A stretch of 64,000 nt of DNA from Candidatus Tectimicrobiota bacterium (GTDB lineage Bacteria > JACPUC01), in assembly GCA_016192455.1 (NCBI GenBank), contig JACPUC010000019.1, forward strand, positions 248,001 through 312,000. The letters are read 5' to 3'. The translations under genes were made by a program, and so were the position numbers. The notes beneath the pieces were generated by a model. That model ran no database searches and was not told where the DNA came from. It saw only the letters and a list, made by a program, of their open reading frames with translations. Shown piece by piece: positions 9,475 to 18,969 of the stretch (the first letter of the stretch is position 1; each line of letters starts with the position of its first letter).

Positions 9475-12177
9475 TTATGCGGTGCTTGCCGCCGTTCTGG
9501 CAACCTTGCGCAGCCTCACCGCCGACACCTTGTACTCCGGGCACTTGGTGACGCCGTCGGCATGCTGGCTGGTGAGGATGTTCGTGCGCACCTCGGGGAA
9601 ATGGAAGGACATGAAGACCTCGCCCGGCGCCACGCGGCGGGAGACGACCGCCGGCGCCCTGACGCTTCCCCGGCGGCTCTCGATCTCCAGGAGGTCACCC
9701 GCCTCGATCTCCAGGAGACGCGCGTCGCGCGGGTGAATCTCGATGCCGTCGAAGGCCTGCAGCTCGAGGTTGCCGGTGCGGCGGGTCATCGTCGCCGAGT
9801 TGTAGTGGTAGAGCTGCCGTCCGGTCACGAGGAGGTAGGGATACTCCTCATCCGGCTCCTCCTCCGGCGGATTGAAGTCGGCGATCGCCAGGTTGGCTTT
9901 GCCCGATGGGGTGCGGAAGTGCTGCTCGTAGAGAATCTCGGTGTCCGGCGCTGTGGGAGTGAGGACGGGCCACTGCAGCCCCTTGCGCTCCAGCCGGGCG
10001 AGGGAGACGCCGGCGAGGTCCGGGCTAAGGGAGGCTACCTCCTCCATCACCGCCGCGGCGTCGGCGTAGCGCATCGGATAACCCATGGCCTCGGCGAGGA
10101 GCATGATGATGTCGCCATCCGCCTTGGCGTTGCCGACCGGCTCGATCACCCTGCGCACCATCTGGATGCGCCGCTCGGCGTTCGTAAAGGTGCCGCTCTT
10201 CTCGAGGAAACTCGACCCCGGCAGCACGACGTGCGCGTACTTCGCCGTCTCGTTCAGGAAGATGTCCTGCACCACCAGGAACTCGAGGCCCTCCAGGGCC
10301 TTGATGACGTGCAGGGTGTTCGGATCGGTCTGCGCCACGTCCTCCGCCATGATGTACATCGACTTCAGCGTGCCGGCGATGGCGGCGTTGAACATGTCGG
10401 GAATCATGTGGCCCGGCTGGCGCTTCATGCTGACGCCCCAGGCGCGCTCGTAGCGCTGCATGACCTCCTCGTCCGCCACCTTCTGGTACATGGTGAGGGT
10501 GCTGGGGAGGGCCCCCATGTCGCTGGCGCCCTGCACGTTGTTCTGGCCGCGCAGCGGGTTGACGCCGCCCCCCGGCTTGCCGAGGTTGCCGGTGAGGATG
10601 GCGAGGTTCGTAAGCGCCCGCACGCCGTCGCTGCCGTGGCTGTGCTCGGTAATGCCGAGGCCGTAGAAGATGCCGGCGGCGCCGCGCGTGGCATAGAGCC
10701 GCGCCGCCTTGCGCAACGTCTCGGCGGGCACGCCGGAAACACGCTCAACGTACTCCGGGGTGAACTTCTGGATGTGCCCGAGGAAGTGTTCGAACCCCTC
10801 GACGCGCTGCTCGAGGAACTCCTCGTCGGCCAGCCCCTCGTTGACGATGACGTGCGCCAGGCCGTTGAAGACCGCCACGTTTGTCCCCGGCTTGAGCTGC
10901 ACGAAGACGTCCGCCCAGCGCCTCAGCTCGATGGCGCGCGGATCGAGGACGATGAGCGCCGCGCCCCGGAAGACCGCCTGCTTGATGCGGGCGCCCACCA
11001 CGGGATGCGCCTCGGTGGGGTTGGCGCCGGTCACCAGGATGCAGTCGCTGCGGTCGATGTCCACGAAGGAGTTCGTGCCGCCGCTCAGGCCGAGGGAGGC
11101 GTTCAGCCCGTAGGCCGAGGGCGAGTGGCAGACGCGCGAGCAGTTGTCGATGTTGTGCGTGCCCAGCGCCGCCCGGGTGAACTTCTGCATCAGGAAGTTC
11201 TCCTCGTTCGTGCAGCGCGACGAGGAGATGACAGCGATGGCGTCCGGACCGTGTTCGGCCTTAATACGCTTCCAGTGCGAGGCGATGAGGGCGATGGCCT
11301 CCTCCCAGGTGGCGGTCTCGAACCTGCCGTGGCGCTTGATGAGGGGATCGGTGAGACGATCGGGCGAGTGCGCGAACTGGTGCGCGAAGCGTCCCTTCAC
11401 GCAGGTGTGGCCGCGGTTCGCCGGGCCGTCCATGGCCGGCTCGATGGCGATCACCCGCTCGTCGCGCACCTGCACGTCGAGGCTGCAGCCGACGCCGCAG
11501 TACGAGCAGGTGGTGGTGACCGTGCGGTCGATGCGCGGCGAGTCGCGGAAGGCCTCCTCCGTCAAGGCATTGGTGGGGCAGGTGGAGACGCAGGCGCCGC
11601 AGCTCACGCAGTCCGAGGTCTGGAACGGCTCATCGAACCCCGCCGCAATCTTCGTCTCGAAGCCGCGCCCGCTGTAGGTGAGGGCGAAGGTCCCCTGCAG
11701 CTCATCGCAGATGCGCACGCAGCGCCCGCAGACGATGCACTCGTTGAGATTCACCTTGATATAAGGGTGGCTGTCATCCGGTGCGTAGCTGTGGCGCGCC
11801 CCGGCATAGCGGCTTTCGCGCACCCCCACGTAGTCGGCCACCCGCTTCAGCTCGTTGCGGCCGTCGGCCCGGGCTAGGGCCTCCGGTGGGTAGTCGGAGA
11901 GGACCAGCTCGACGATATTGCGCACCGCCTTTTTGACCGTGGGGTCCTGGGTGGAGATCACCATGTTGGGGGCGACCGGGGTGGTGCAGGAGGCGACCGG
12001 GTTCTTCGCCCCCTCGAGGCGCACCAGGCAGACGCGGCAGGCGCCGTAGGCTTCCAGGCGCTCGTCGTAGCAGAGCGTCGGCACGTACTGCCCGCGCTCG
12101 CGCAGCACCTCCAGAATCGTCTGACCAGGGCGCGCTGCAACCTGCGCGCCATCTATCGTCATGGGAACCGTCTGCAT
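9475..12177 (-). CDS. fdhF: NAD-linked formate dehydrogenase alpha subunit (FdsA/FdhF-like, Cys form)
   Basis: N-terminal 2Fe-2S motif (GACRVC), two CxxCxxC ferredoxin motifs, TCSYCGVGC, active-site DNCSRVCHSPS, LRGQNNVQG, C-terminal PEYKVSAV. Confidence 0.93.
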   Translation of the reverse strand: MQTVPMTIDGAQVAARPGQTILEVLRERGQYVPTLCYDERLEAYGACRVCLVRLEGAKNPVASCTTPVAPNMVISTQDPTVKKAVRNIVELVLSDYPPEALARADGRNELKRVADYVGVRESRYAGARHSYAPDDSHPYIKVNLNECIVCGRCVRICDELQGTFALTYSGRGFETKIAAGFDEPFQTSDCVSCGACVSTCPTNALTEEAFRDSPRIDRTVTTTCSYCGVGCSLDVQVRDERVIAIEPAMDGPANRGHTCVKGRFAHQFAHSPDRLTDPLIKRHGRFETATWEEAIALIASHWKRIKAEHGPDAIAVISSSRCTNEENFLMQKFTRAALGTHNIDNCSRVCHSPSAYGLNASLGLSGGTNSFVDIDRSDCILVTGANPTEAHPVVGARIKQAVFRGAALIVLDPRAIELRRWADVFVQLKPGTNVAVFNGLAHVIVNEGLADEEFLEQRVEGFEHFLGHIQKFTPEYVERVSGVPAETLRKAARLYATRGAAGIFYGLGITEHSHGSDGVRALTNLAILTGNLGKPGGGVNPLRGQNNVQGASDMGALPSTLTMYQKVADEEVMQRYERAWGVSMKRQPGHMIPDMFNAAIAGTLKSMYIMAEDVAQTDPNTLHVIKALEGLEFLVVQDIFLNETAKYAHVVLPGSSFLEKSGTFTNAERRIQMVRRVIEPVGNAKADGDIIMLLAEAMGYPMRYADAAAVMEEVASLSPDLAGVSLARLERKGLQWPVLTPTAPDTEILYEQHFRTPSGKANLAIADFNPPEEEPDEEYPYLLVTGRQLYHYNSATMTRRTGNLELQAFDGIEIHPRDARLLEIEAGDLLEIESRRGSVRAPAVVSRRVAPGEVFMSFHFPEVRTNILTSQHADGVTKCPEYKVSAVRLRKVARTAASTA

Positions 12178-12247
12178 CGAGGTTCACTCCCTACCGCGCG
12201 ACGGGAACACCGCTGGTGCGCGAAAGCACCCCTCCTCCGCCACCGCC

Positions 12248-13981
12248 TCAGGACACCAGCAGCTCCTCCCGGAAATGCCGCATGATGCTCTGGATCGGCG
12301 CCGGGATGCCGCCGCCGTGGGCGCAAAGGCTGCCGAGGCGCATCGTGTCGCAGAGATCGTCGAGGAGCTGGAGGTCGCCCTGCCGCCCCTGGCCGGCCAG
12401 GAACTTCTCCGCCAGCTCGACGCCGCGCCGCGAGCCAATGCGGCAGGGGAAGCACTTGCCGCAGGACTCCTGCTCGCAGAAGAAGAAGAGGTGCCGCGCC
12501 ACCTCGCGCATGTCCATCGAGGTGTCGAAGGCGACGATGCCGCCGTGCCCGAGGAGGCCGCCCACCGCGTCCAGCTCCTCAAACCCGAGACGGGTGTCGA
12601 GGAGGCTGGCTGGGATGATGCCGCCAAGCGGTCCGCCGATCTGCAAGGCTTTCAGCTCCCTGCCCTCCTTCAGGCCGCCGCCGATCTCTTCGACGATGCT
12701 GCGCAGGGTGACCCCCAGCGGCACCTCGTAGAGACCCGGGCGCTCGAACAGTTCGTTGAGCGAGATCGCCTTCGTGCCGCGGCTGCGGTTATGGCCGATG
12801 GCGGCGTACGCCCCGCCGCCGTTGGCGAGAATCCACGGGACCGTCTGCAGGGTCTCGACGTTATTGACCACCGTCGGCTTGCCGTAGAGGCCCTGCTGCG
12901 TCGGGAAGGGGGGACGCGCCGAAACCATGCCGCGCACCCCCTCGATGGAGCGCAGCATCGCCGTCTCCTCGCCGCAGATGTAGGAGCCGGCCCCCTCGAC
13001 GACGCTCACCTCGAAGTTGAATCCACTCCCCTGGATGTTGCGGCCCAGCAGCCCCGCCGCGCTGGCGTCCTCGACCGCCTGCGCCAGGCTGCGGATCGCC
13101 GCCGGGTACTCCGCCCGCACATAGACGTAGCCGCGCTCCGCGCCGATGGCGAAGCCGCACAGGGCCATGCCTTCGAGGATGCTGTGCGGGTCCTGCTCCA
13201 TCAGGTACTTGTCGATGTAGGCGCCGGGGTCCCCCTCGTCGCCGTTGCAGCAGACGTACTTCGGCGTCGCCGGTTCGGCGGCGCAGACCTTCCACTTGGT
13301 GCCGGTGGGGAAGCCGGCGCCGCCGCGGCCGCGAAGCTGCGAGGCGACCACCTGGTCGATCACCTGGGTGGGAGTCATGCGAGCGAGGGCGAAGAGCAGG
13401 GCGTCGTAGACGCCGCGGACGCGCGCCTCGGCCAGACGCGGCGCGCCGCCGCCGAGGAGGTTGCGGAGCACGATGGGCTGCTCCGCCGTGCAGCCGAGCG
13501 CCAGCGGGACGGACTCCGCCGGCTCGCCGCCGGCGCGTAGGTCGTCGACCAGCGCCCGCACCGATTCCTCGTCCATGCCACCGTACACGCTGTCGTTGAC
13601 GCGCACCGACGGAGAGACGTTGCACAGCCCCAGGCAGTAGACCGGCTCCAGCGTGGCGAAACCGTCCGCGCTCGTCTCGCCCAGTTTCACCCCCAGCGCC
13701 TGCTCCAGGCTTCTCACGGTGCGCTCGCAGCCGGAGGCGAGGCAAGCGGTTCCCTGGCACACCCGCACGTGGTAGCGGCCATGGGGGGTGAACTTCAGGT
13801 CGTCGTAGAACGTCGCCACGCCGTAGACGAACGCTTTCGGAACGTAGGTCTCCAGGGCAATCCGCTCGATATCCTCGTTGGTGATCCGCCCGCCGCGCGC
13901 TTTCACCTGCCGGAGCTTCACCAGGGTTGACGGCTCCTCCCCGGCGTAGCGCTGGTTGATCCGGACAACGTTCTTGGACAT
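12248..13981 (-). CDS. NuoE-NuoF fusion diaphorase subunit (FDH gamma+beta-like)
   Basis: NuoE-type CQGTAC...CLGLC, followed by NuoF motifs LRGRGGAGFPTG, NGDEGDPG, YICGEETA and ESCGKCFPCRIG. Confidence 0.92.
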   Translation of the reverse strand: MSKNVVRINQRYAGEEPSTLVKLRQVKARGGRITNEDIERIALETYVPKAFVYGVATFYDDLKFTPHGRYHVRVCQGTACLASGCERTVRSLEQALGVKLGETSADGFATLEPVYCLGLCNVSPSVRVNDSVYGGMDEESVRALVDDLRAGGEPAESVPLALGCTAEQPIVLRNLLGGGAPRLAEARVRGVYDALLFALARMTPTQVIDQVVASQLRGRGGAGFPTGTKWKVCAAEPATPKYVCCNGDEGDPGAYIDKYLMEQDPHSILEGMALCGFAIGAERGYVYVRAEYPAAIRSLAQAVEDASAAGLLGRNIQGSGFNFEVSVVEGAGSYICGEETAMLRSIEGVRGMVSARPPFPTQQGLYGKPTVVNNVETLQTVPWILANGGGAYAAIGHNRSRGTKAISLNELFERPGLYEVPLGVTLRSIVEEIGGGLKEGRELKALQIGGPLGGIIPASLLDTRLGFEELDAVGGLLGHGGIVAFDTSMDMREVARHLFFFCEQESCGKCFPCRIGSRRGVELAEKFLAGQGRQGDLQLLDDLCDTMRLGSLCAHGGGIPAPIQSIMRHFREELLVS

Positions 13982-14063
13982 GCACCCTCACCCATCGCGC
14001 CCATGGGAGAACCGCCCACCTGGACGACGGACACCCCCGACCCCGACCTCCGCTTGTAGGCTG

Positions 14064-14092
14064 ATTATAGAAACGCCGCCGCCTTCGCTCAA
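14064..14092 (-). promoter_or_regulatory. sigma70-type promoter for the nuoEF-fdh-fdhD-aor operon
   Basis: Minus strand TTGAGC-N17-TATAAT. Confidence 0.7.
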
Positions 14093-14299
14093 GGGGTAAG
14101 CGCCGGGCCGCGCTCTCGCCCGCCGAGAGCGGCGCCGGCGCCGCGGAGCGGGGCGCGGCGCTCGTGCCGCGGCCGCGGTAGTGCGTTTCGCAGCCACAGC
14201 AACAGCGTCTCACGGCAAGCCGCCAGCCTTCCTATACTGGCAGGGAAGGTAGAGGCGACGCGGGGAGCGCCGAGCGGCAAACCTTAAGGAGGGCAGGAG

Positions 14300-14656
14300 A
14301 TGGACCGCTACGCAGCGGCGCCCGTTCCCACCGAGATCAAGCGGGCGGACACCACAAAGCTCAGGGTGCGGTGGAACGACGGGCATGTGAGTGACTATGG
14401 CGGCGCGGCCCTGCGGCGGGCCTGCCGCTGCGCCGGCTGCGTCGATGAGTGGAGCGGGGCGGCGTTGCTCGACCCCAAGACGGTGCCGGAGGACATCTCG
14501 GCGGCGAACGTCAGGCTGGTCGGTCGCTACGGCATCAACATCGAGTGGAGCGACGGCCACGCCAGCGGCATCTACGATTTCCGCCGCCTCCGCAGCCTCT
14601 GCCCCTGCGAGGCATGCCGGCGGGACAACGCCCTGCCCAGCGCCTCTGAAGCGTGA
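14300..14656 (+). CDS. DUF971 / gamma-butyrobetaine-hydroxylase N-terminal-like protein
   Basis: WNDGHVS...LRRACRCAGC...VGRYGINIEWSDGHASGIYDF. Confidence 0.88.
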   Translation: MDRYAAAPVPTEIKRADTTKLRVRWNDGHVSDYGGAALRRACRCAGCVDEWSGAALLDPKTVPEDISAANVRLVGRYGINIEWSDGHASGIYDFRRLRSLCPCEACRRDNALPSASEA

Positions 14657-14709
14657 GCGAGGAGAGCGCGCCCCTCCGCGCCGCCGCCAGGGGGCCCCCG
14701 TCCGCCGCG

Positions 14710-17226
14710 TCACGCCTCTCCGGCCACCCCCTCACCTTCCGCCGGCGCCGTGGCGCGCTCCACGCAGAGCCCCCCGACCAGGGCGCGCCCGACGGCTGCC
14801 ACGATCCCTGCGGCCAAGAGCACCAGAACATGCCCATGGAGGACGATGAGCCGCACGTACTCTTCCCAGGGGTAGACCTGCGAGGACGTGCCCACCAGCA
14901 CCCCCAGCCGCAGGCCGATCGCCAGGACGGCGGGGAGGAGCGCCGCGGCGATGATCGGCAGGAGGCCCGGCGAGCCTGACGCCAGCCTCAGCCCCCCCAC
15001 GAGCACGGCGACGGGGAGGATCTGGCGCGCCGCAATGACGCTCACCGTCTTCCAGACCTCTGCCGCCGTCGTCGAACCGATGATGAACTGGTCCGTCAGA
15101 TCGAGCAGGCGCAGATCGAAGGAGTTGCCGGGAAGGAAGTAGAGCGCCCAGGCGGCAAGGAGGAGGAGGGAGGCGCGGACTGTTGCCGAGGCGCCGCGCG
15201 CCGCGGCCCAGGCGGCGGCAAGGAGCGGCAGCGCCACCAGGTGCGTGGCGTGGTTGATGCTGCTCGAGGTGCCGAGGTAGAAGGCCACCACCCAAAAGGC
15301 GAGCCACACCTCGCGGGCCGCCTGCAGGCGCCGGCTGGCAACATCCAGGGGAAGCAGCGCCAAGCCGAGGAACAGCGCCCGCAGCTCCACCCCCAGGGGC
15401 AAGGCAACGAGGAGCACCAGGGGCAGACCCAGCAGGGCCGCGGTGGCGCCGTCCCGTACGCAGCCCGGCGCGCCGCGGTGGGCGCGTTGCGAGCGCCAAA
15501 GCTGATACGCCAGCGTCACGAGGAAGAGCGCCAGGAGCAGCATCCAGCGCGCGCCGATGCTGACCTCCATGAAGGTGGTGTAGAACTTCAGCCTGCGCAC
15601 CGCGAGACCCAGCGCGAAGGCGCCGAGCAGGACCAGCCAGGCGGAGCGGCGGCTGCTTCCCCAGGCCACCAGCGGGGCGCCAAGGAGCAGCCAATTGAGG
15701 GGATGGTACGGGCTTGGCGCTAGGTACACCACCGCGAACGCGACGACCACCACGGCGAGGTGGAGATACCCCTGCTCGCTCGGCGCCCAGCGTACCAGGG
15801 CTCGCCACAGGATGGCGGCGGCGGCGGCAAGCAGGATGAGCGCCAGCGGCACGCCGAAGGGATGAGAGAGGATGAAGTTAGCGCTGAACGGCAAATCATT
15901 CGACAGGTAATCGAGGAGGCCAAGCCAGAGCGCCCCTCCCAGGATCACGACGAGCAGGCCGAGGGACGCGAGGAGACGCAAGAGACGCAGCAGCCTGGAA
16001 GGTCCCGCCGGGCCGCCGGGCGCGCGGGCAGCGACAGCGAAGAAGGCCGCCCCGAAGATCACCAGCACAAAGGCGAGGATACCCGAAACGGGGGCCGCCT
16101 GCTTGCCTAGATGGGCGCGCCGCAGCGCTTGCACCTCCTCCCACGCGGGGGACGGGGCGGCGGCGGAAGCGCCGCCGAAGAGGCGCGCGTAAGCGCGGGC
16201 CAGCGACGCTCTCTGCTCGCCGGAGAGCTGCACCAGCTCCACGGCCGGCAGCGCCGGCGTGGGGTAGAACGGCGAAAGGCCCGCCAGCAGCGACAGCGTC
16301 GGCGCCCAATCGATCTGCAGCACCCGCAGCGGACCCGTTGCCCTCACCCCGGGCCCCAGCAGCACGAACGGCGTCTCCACCACCAGCTCCGAGGCATCGG
16401 TGTGGAACCCTCGGTCATCCATGCCATGCTCGGAGCTGATGAAGACGACGTCCTGCTCGGTTGTGAGGCTAACGAGCTCCCGCACGTAGCCGTCGAGCTG
16501 CCGCAGCAGGGAAGGGTACTTCTCCGAGTGGGGCGTCTCCAGGTGACCGAGGTGATCCGCCGAGTAGAACGGCACCACAGCGAGGTCCCAGCGCTCGTTC
16601 TTCAGGAAGCGGTACGCCTGCTGGAAGACGTACTCCCCCTCCTCGCGATACTGGGCGAAGAGGAAGTGCTTCGGTCGGTAGGCGCTGAGATCGCTGTACA
16701 CCCCGTAGGCGAGACGCAGGGAGTTCCCAAAGATGACCACGCGTCCGCCCCGCTGCTGCATCCGGCGGAAGAGGTTCTCCTTGCCGACGGTCGCCGGTTG
16801 GAAGTCCTCTAGGAAGGCGAAGAGATCGGCCGGGGCGCCCATAAACAGGGCGTTGGCGCCGGAGATGGAGAGCGGGAAGCCGAGAACCTCGGAGATGCCC
16901 CACACCCCCTTCCGCCGCAGGCTGGCAAGGAACGGCATGCGCTCGCTGAAGAGGAAGTCCTTGCGCCCGGAGTCGATGAGGAGGATGAGGAGGCGGCCGG
17001 TTCGCGGCAGCGGCGCCGGCTCCCGCGCCAGGGCGGCGGCCGTCTCGTCGCCCTCCCTGCCGGAGAGTGCGCCCCCTCCAAGCAGCGCCGAGCCCGCCAC
17101 GGCCAGGGCGGCGAACATGAGCATGAGCGCCAAGGCAAAGGCGCCGCCCCGCAGGCTGCGGTTTGTCGGCGCCGCGCCCGCTGGGGTCTCAGGGTGTGTC
17201 ATGCGTGAGGTCCTGCTCGTGAACAA
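14710..17226 (-). CDS. Alkaline-phosphatase-superfamily membrane protein, GPI ethanolamine-phosphate transferase (PIG-G/O/N)-like architecture
   Basis: One TM helix, a soluble domain with LIDSGR, DHLGH, SEHGM..GFH and QIDWAPTLS, then many TM helices. Confidence 0.7.
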   Translation of the reverse strand: MFTSRTSRMTHPETPAGAAPTNRSLRGGAFALALMLMFAALAVAGSALLGGGALSGREGDETAAALAREPAPLPRTGRLLILLIDSGRKDFLFSERMPFLASLRRKGVWGISEVLGFPLSISGANALFMGAPADLFAFLEDFQPATVGKENLFRRMQQRGGRVVIFGNSLRLAYGVYSDLSAYRPKHFLFAQYREEGEYVFQQAYRFLKNERWDLAVVPFYSADHLGHLETPHSEKYPSLLRQLDGYVRELVSLTTEQDVVFISSEHGMDDRGFHTDASELVVETPFVLLGPGVRATGPLRVLQIDWAPTLSLLAGLSPFYPTPALPAVELVQLSGEQRASLARAYARLFGGASAAAPSPAWEEVQALRRAHLGKQAAPVSGILAFVLVIFGAAFFAVAARAPGGPAGPSRLLRLLRLLASLGLLVVILGGALWLGLLDYLSNDLPFSANFILSHPFGVPLALILLAAAAAILWRALVRWAPSEQGYLHLAVVVVAFAVVYLAPSPYHPLNWLLLGAPLVAWGSSRRSAWLVLLGAFALGLAVRRLKFYTTFMEVSIGARWMLLLALFLVTLAYQLWRSQRAHRGAPGCVRDGATAALLGLPLVLLVALPLGVELRALFLGLALLPLDVASRRLQAAREVWLAFWVVAFYLGTSSSINHATHLVALPLLAAAWAAARGASATVRASLLLLAAWALYFLPGNSFDLRLLDLTDQFIIGSTTAAEVWKTVSVIAARQILPVAVLVGGLRLASGSPGLLPIIAAALLPAVLAIGLRLGVLVGTSSQVYPWEEYVRLIVLHGHVLVLLAAGIVAAVGRALVGGLCVERATAPAEGEGVAGEA

Positions 17227-17387
17227 TGCCGCCGCTCAGAGATATGCGGCGCCTGCGCCCCTGGTGGCACGCAACTCCCCTCGTGGGAACGGGCAGAGAA
17301 ATGAGACACCCCCGATCACAGCACGGGTGGTAGGAGACCTGGTCGCCGCCACCTCACGCCGGCACCCCCGCGCGCCAGCTCCCTGCG

Positions 17388-18476
17388 CTAGGACGCCCTC
17401 GTCAGGGCCTGCCTGAGGAGCTGACGGGCAGCCTCGTACACCGGCTCCACCTGGAGGTGCACCATGCAGCTATGGTGCGAGCATGTCGCCAGGGCGCAGG
17501 GAGCGCACTCCACTTCGTGGCGCAGCACGCGCACGCGTTCCGCCGGCAGCGCGGGACGAAAGCGGTTCAGCTCGCCCGGACCGAAGAGCGCCACGGTGGG
17601 ACGCTGCAAGGCCGCGGCGATGTGCATCGGACCGGTGTCGTTGGTGATGAAGAGGTCCACGCGCTGGAGGAGCGCCACGAGCTGACGCAGCGTCGTGCTG
17701 CCGCAGGCGACGACGGCATGCCGCAACCCCTGCTCCAGGAGCGCCGCCGCCAGAGGCGCGTCATCCGGCCCCCCGCTGATGAGGAAATCGCAGGCGAACT
17801 CCTCCTGCAGGCGCCGGGCCACCTCGGCGAAGCGCTCCAGGGGCCAGCGATGCGTCAACCGCACGGCGCCCGGCTGCAACCCCACGAGCGGCGCGGCCGG
17901 CCGCCTGCCGTGGCGGCTGAGGAACGCCTCGGCCCAGCGCGCCGCTGCGGGATCAGGCTCCAGCCGCGGCAGCTCCTGCGCGTCAACCTTGACCTCGAGG
18001 GCTTCGCCGAGGAGGCGGAAGAGCTCCAGCTCGTGGCGCGGGTCGTACTCACGCTCCTCGATGGGATGGTCGAAGAAGCTGCCGCGCCCATCGGTGTTGC
18101 GCCCGATGCTCCGCGCCGCTCCGACGAGCCGCGTCAGGAGCCAGATGAGCAGGCGCCCGCGCGACGAGGAGATCGTCTTCAAGCTGACAAAGTAATGAAA
18201 CCGCCGCCGGCGCAGCCTCAGCCCCAGGAGCACATAGGCCCAGGCGCTGCGCAGCAGGCCGCCGGGGCTGGAGGCGTCCGCCGGCGCCGGCGCCAGGTGG
18301 ACGGCGCTGAACCACCCGCACAGCTCGGCCAGGTCCGCGACGCGCGCATGGGTGAGGATTTCAAGCCTGCTGCCAGGATAGGTGCGGCGAAAGGCGTTGA
18401 CCAGCGGCAGGGAGAGGACGAAATCACCGATCCCGGCTATCTGCACGAACAGCGCTGAACGATCAGGGGAGGACAT
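17388..18476 (-). CDS. Glycosyltransferase family 9 (heptosyltransferase-like)
   Basis: GIGDFVLSLP, QPGA...RWP and ITNDTGPMHIAAAL..PTVALFGP motifs. ATG 18476 chosen over the long upstream extension. Confidence 0.9.
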   Translation of the reverse strand: MSSPDRSALFVQIAGIGDFVLSLPLVNAFRRTYPGSRLEILTHARVADLAELCGWFSAVHLAPAPADASSPGGLLRSAWAYVLLGLRLRRRRFHYFVSLKTISSSRGRLLIWLLTRLVGAARSIGRNTDGRGSFFDHPIEEREYDPRHELELFRLLGEALEVKVDAQELPRLEPDPAAARWAEAFLSRHGRRPAAPLVGLQPGAVRLTHRWPLERFAEVARRLQEEFACDFLISGGPDDAPLAAALLEQGLRHAVVACGSTTLRQLVALLQRVDLFITNDTGPMHIAAALQRPTVALFGPGELNRFRPALPAERVRVLRHEVECAPCALATCSHHSCMVHLQVEPVYEAARQLLRQALTRAS

Positions 18477-18677
18477 GGGAACGTCTGCATACGCGCGCGA
18501 CGGTGTCGCCGCCACCCGTGCCGCACCTTCCTTCGAGAGGGACAGTGCGACTATAGCGGCAGGGTGGAGCCAGCGCAAGCATCCTCGCATGGCGTAGCTC
18601 GTCGCTGGAGAACCCCCTGGTCTGGGGGCACCAAGGAGCGGCGTCACCACGCGGGCGGAGCGCGCCGCAACCCGGGC

Positions 18678-18776
18678 TGGCGATTCCAGCCATCGCGGCA
18701 CAACGGTCAGCCGGTGGCGTCCTGGGTGGTCATCCCGCTCAACTTCCGCCTTGGCCCGGCAACTCCGGCCCCATGA
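18678..18776 (+). pseudogene. Remnant of a TonB C-terminal domain
   Basis: WRFQPSRHNGQPVASWVVIPLNFRL resembles the TonB_C terminal WxFxPA..GxPV..WV.IP..F.L pattern; upstream sequence is not TonB-like. Confidence 0.55.
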
Positions 18777-18969
18777 ACGACCTGCGCCGGAGCGCGTCGC
18801 GGCAGCAGGAAGACGTGGTCGCGGCCCGGCTTGATTTTCCCGGCCACGCTGCTTATATAGTAGGGACGATTTGCGCTGCGAGCGCGGTAATCCAGGCGTC
18901 GTTCCAACTTGCGCGCATCCTGTTGGCTTCGCTTGCTGCTTTGCTCTCCTGCTCCATGGAGTGTGAACG

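Noticed and set aside
11110..11150. Selenocysteine/SECIS in FDH alpha
   Set aside because: The active-site residue is an ordinary Cys (SRVCHS) and there is no in-frame TGA.
9202..11877. 891-aa plus-strand ORF and similar long antisense ORFs (6771-8573, 21550-23622, 27141-28754, 54075-56453)
   Set aside because: Antisense shadows of well-supported genes, as expected in high-GC DNA.
12248..13981. Electron-bifurcating HydB-type subunit
   Set aside because: The protein ends right after the NuoF 4Fe-4S domain and lacks the extra C-terminal ferredoxin domains.
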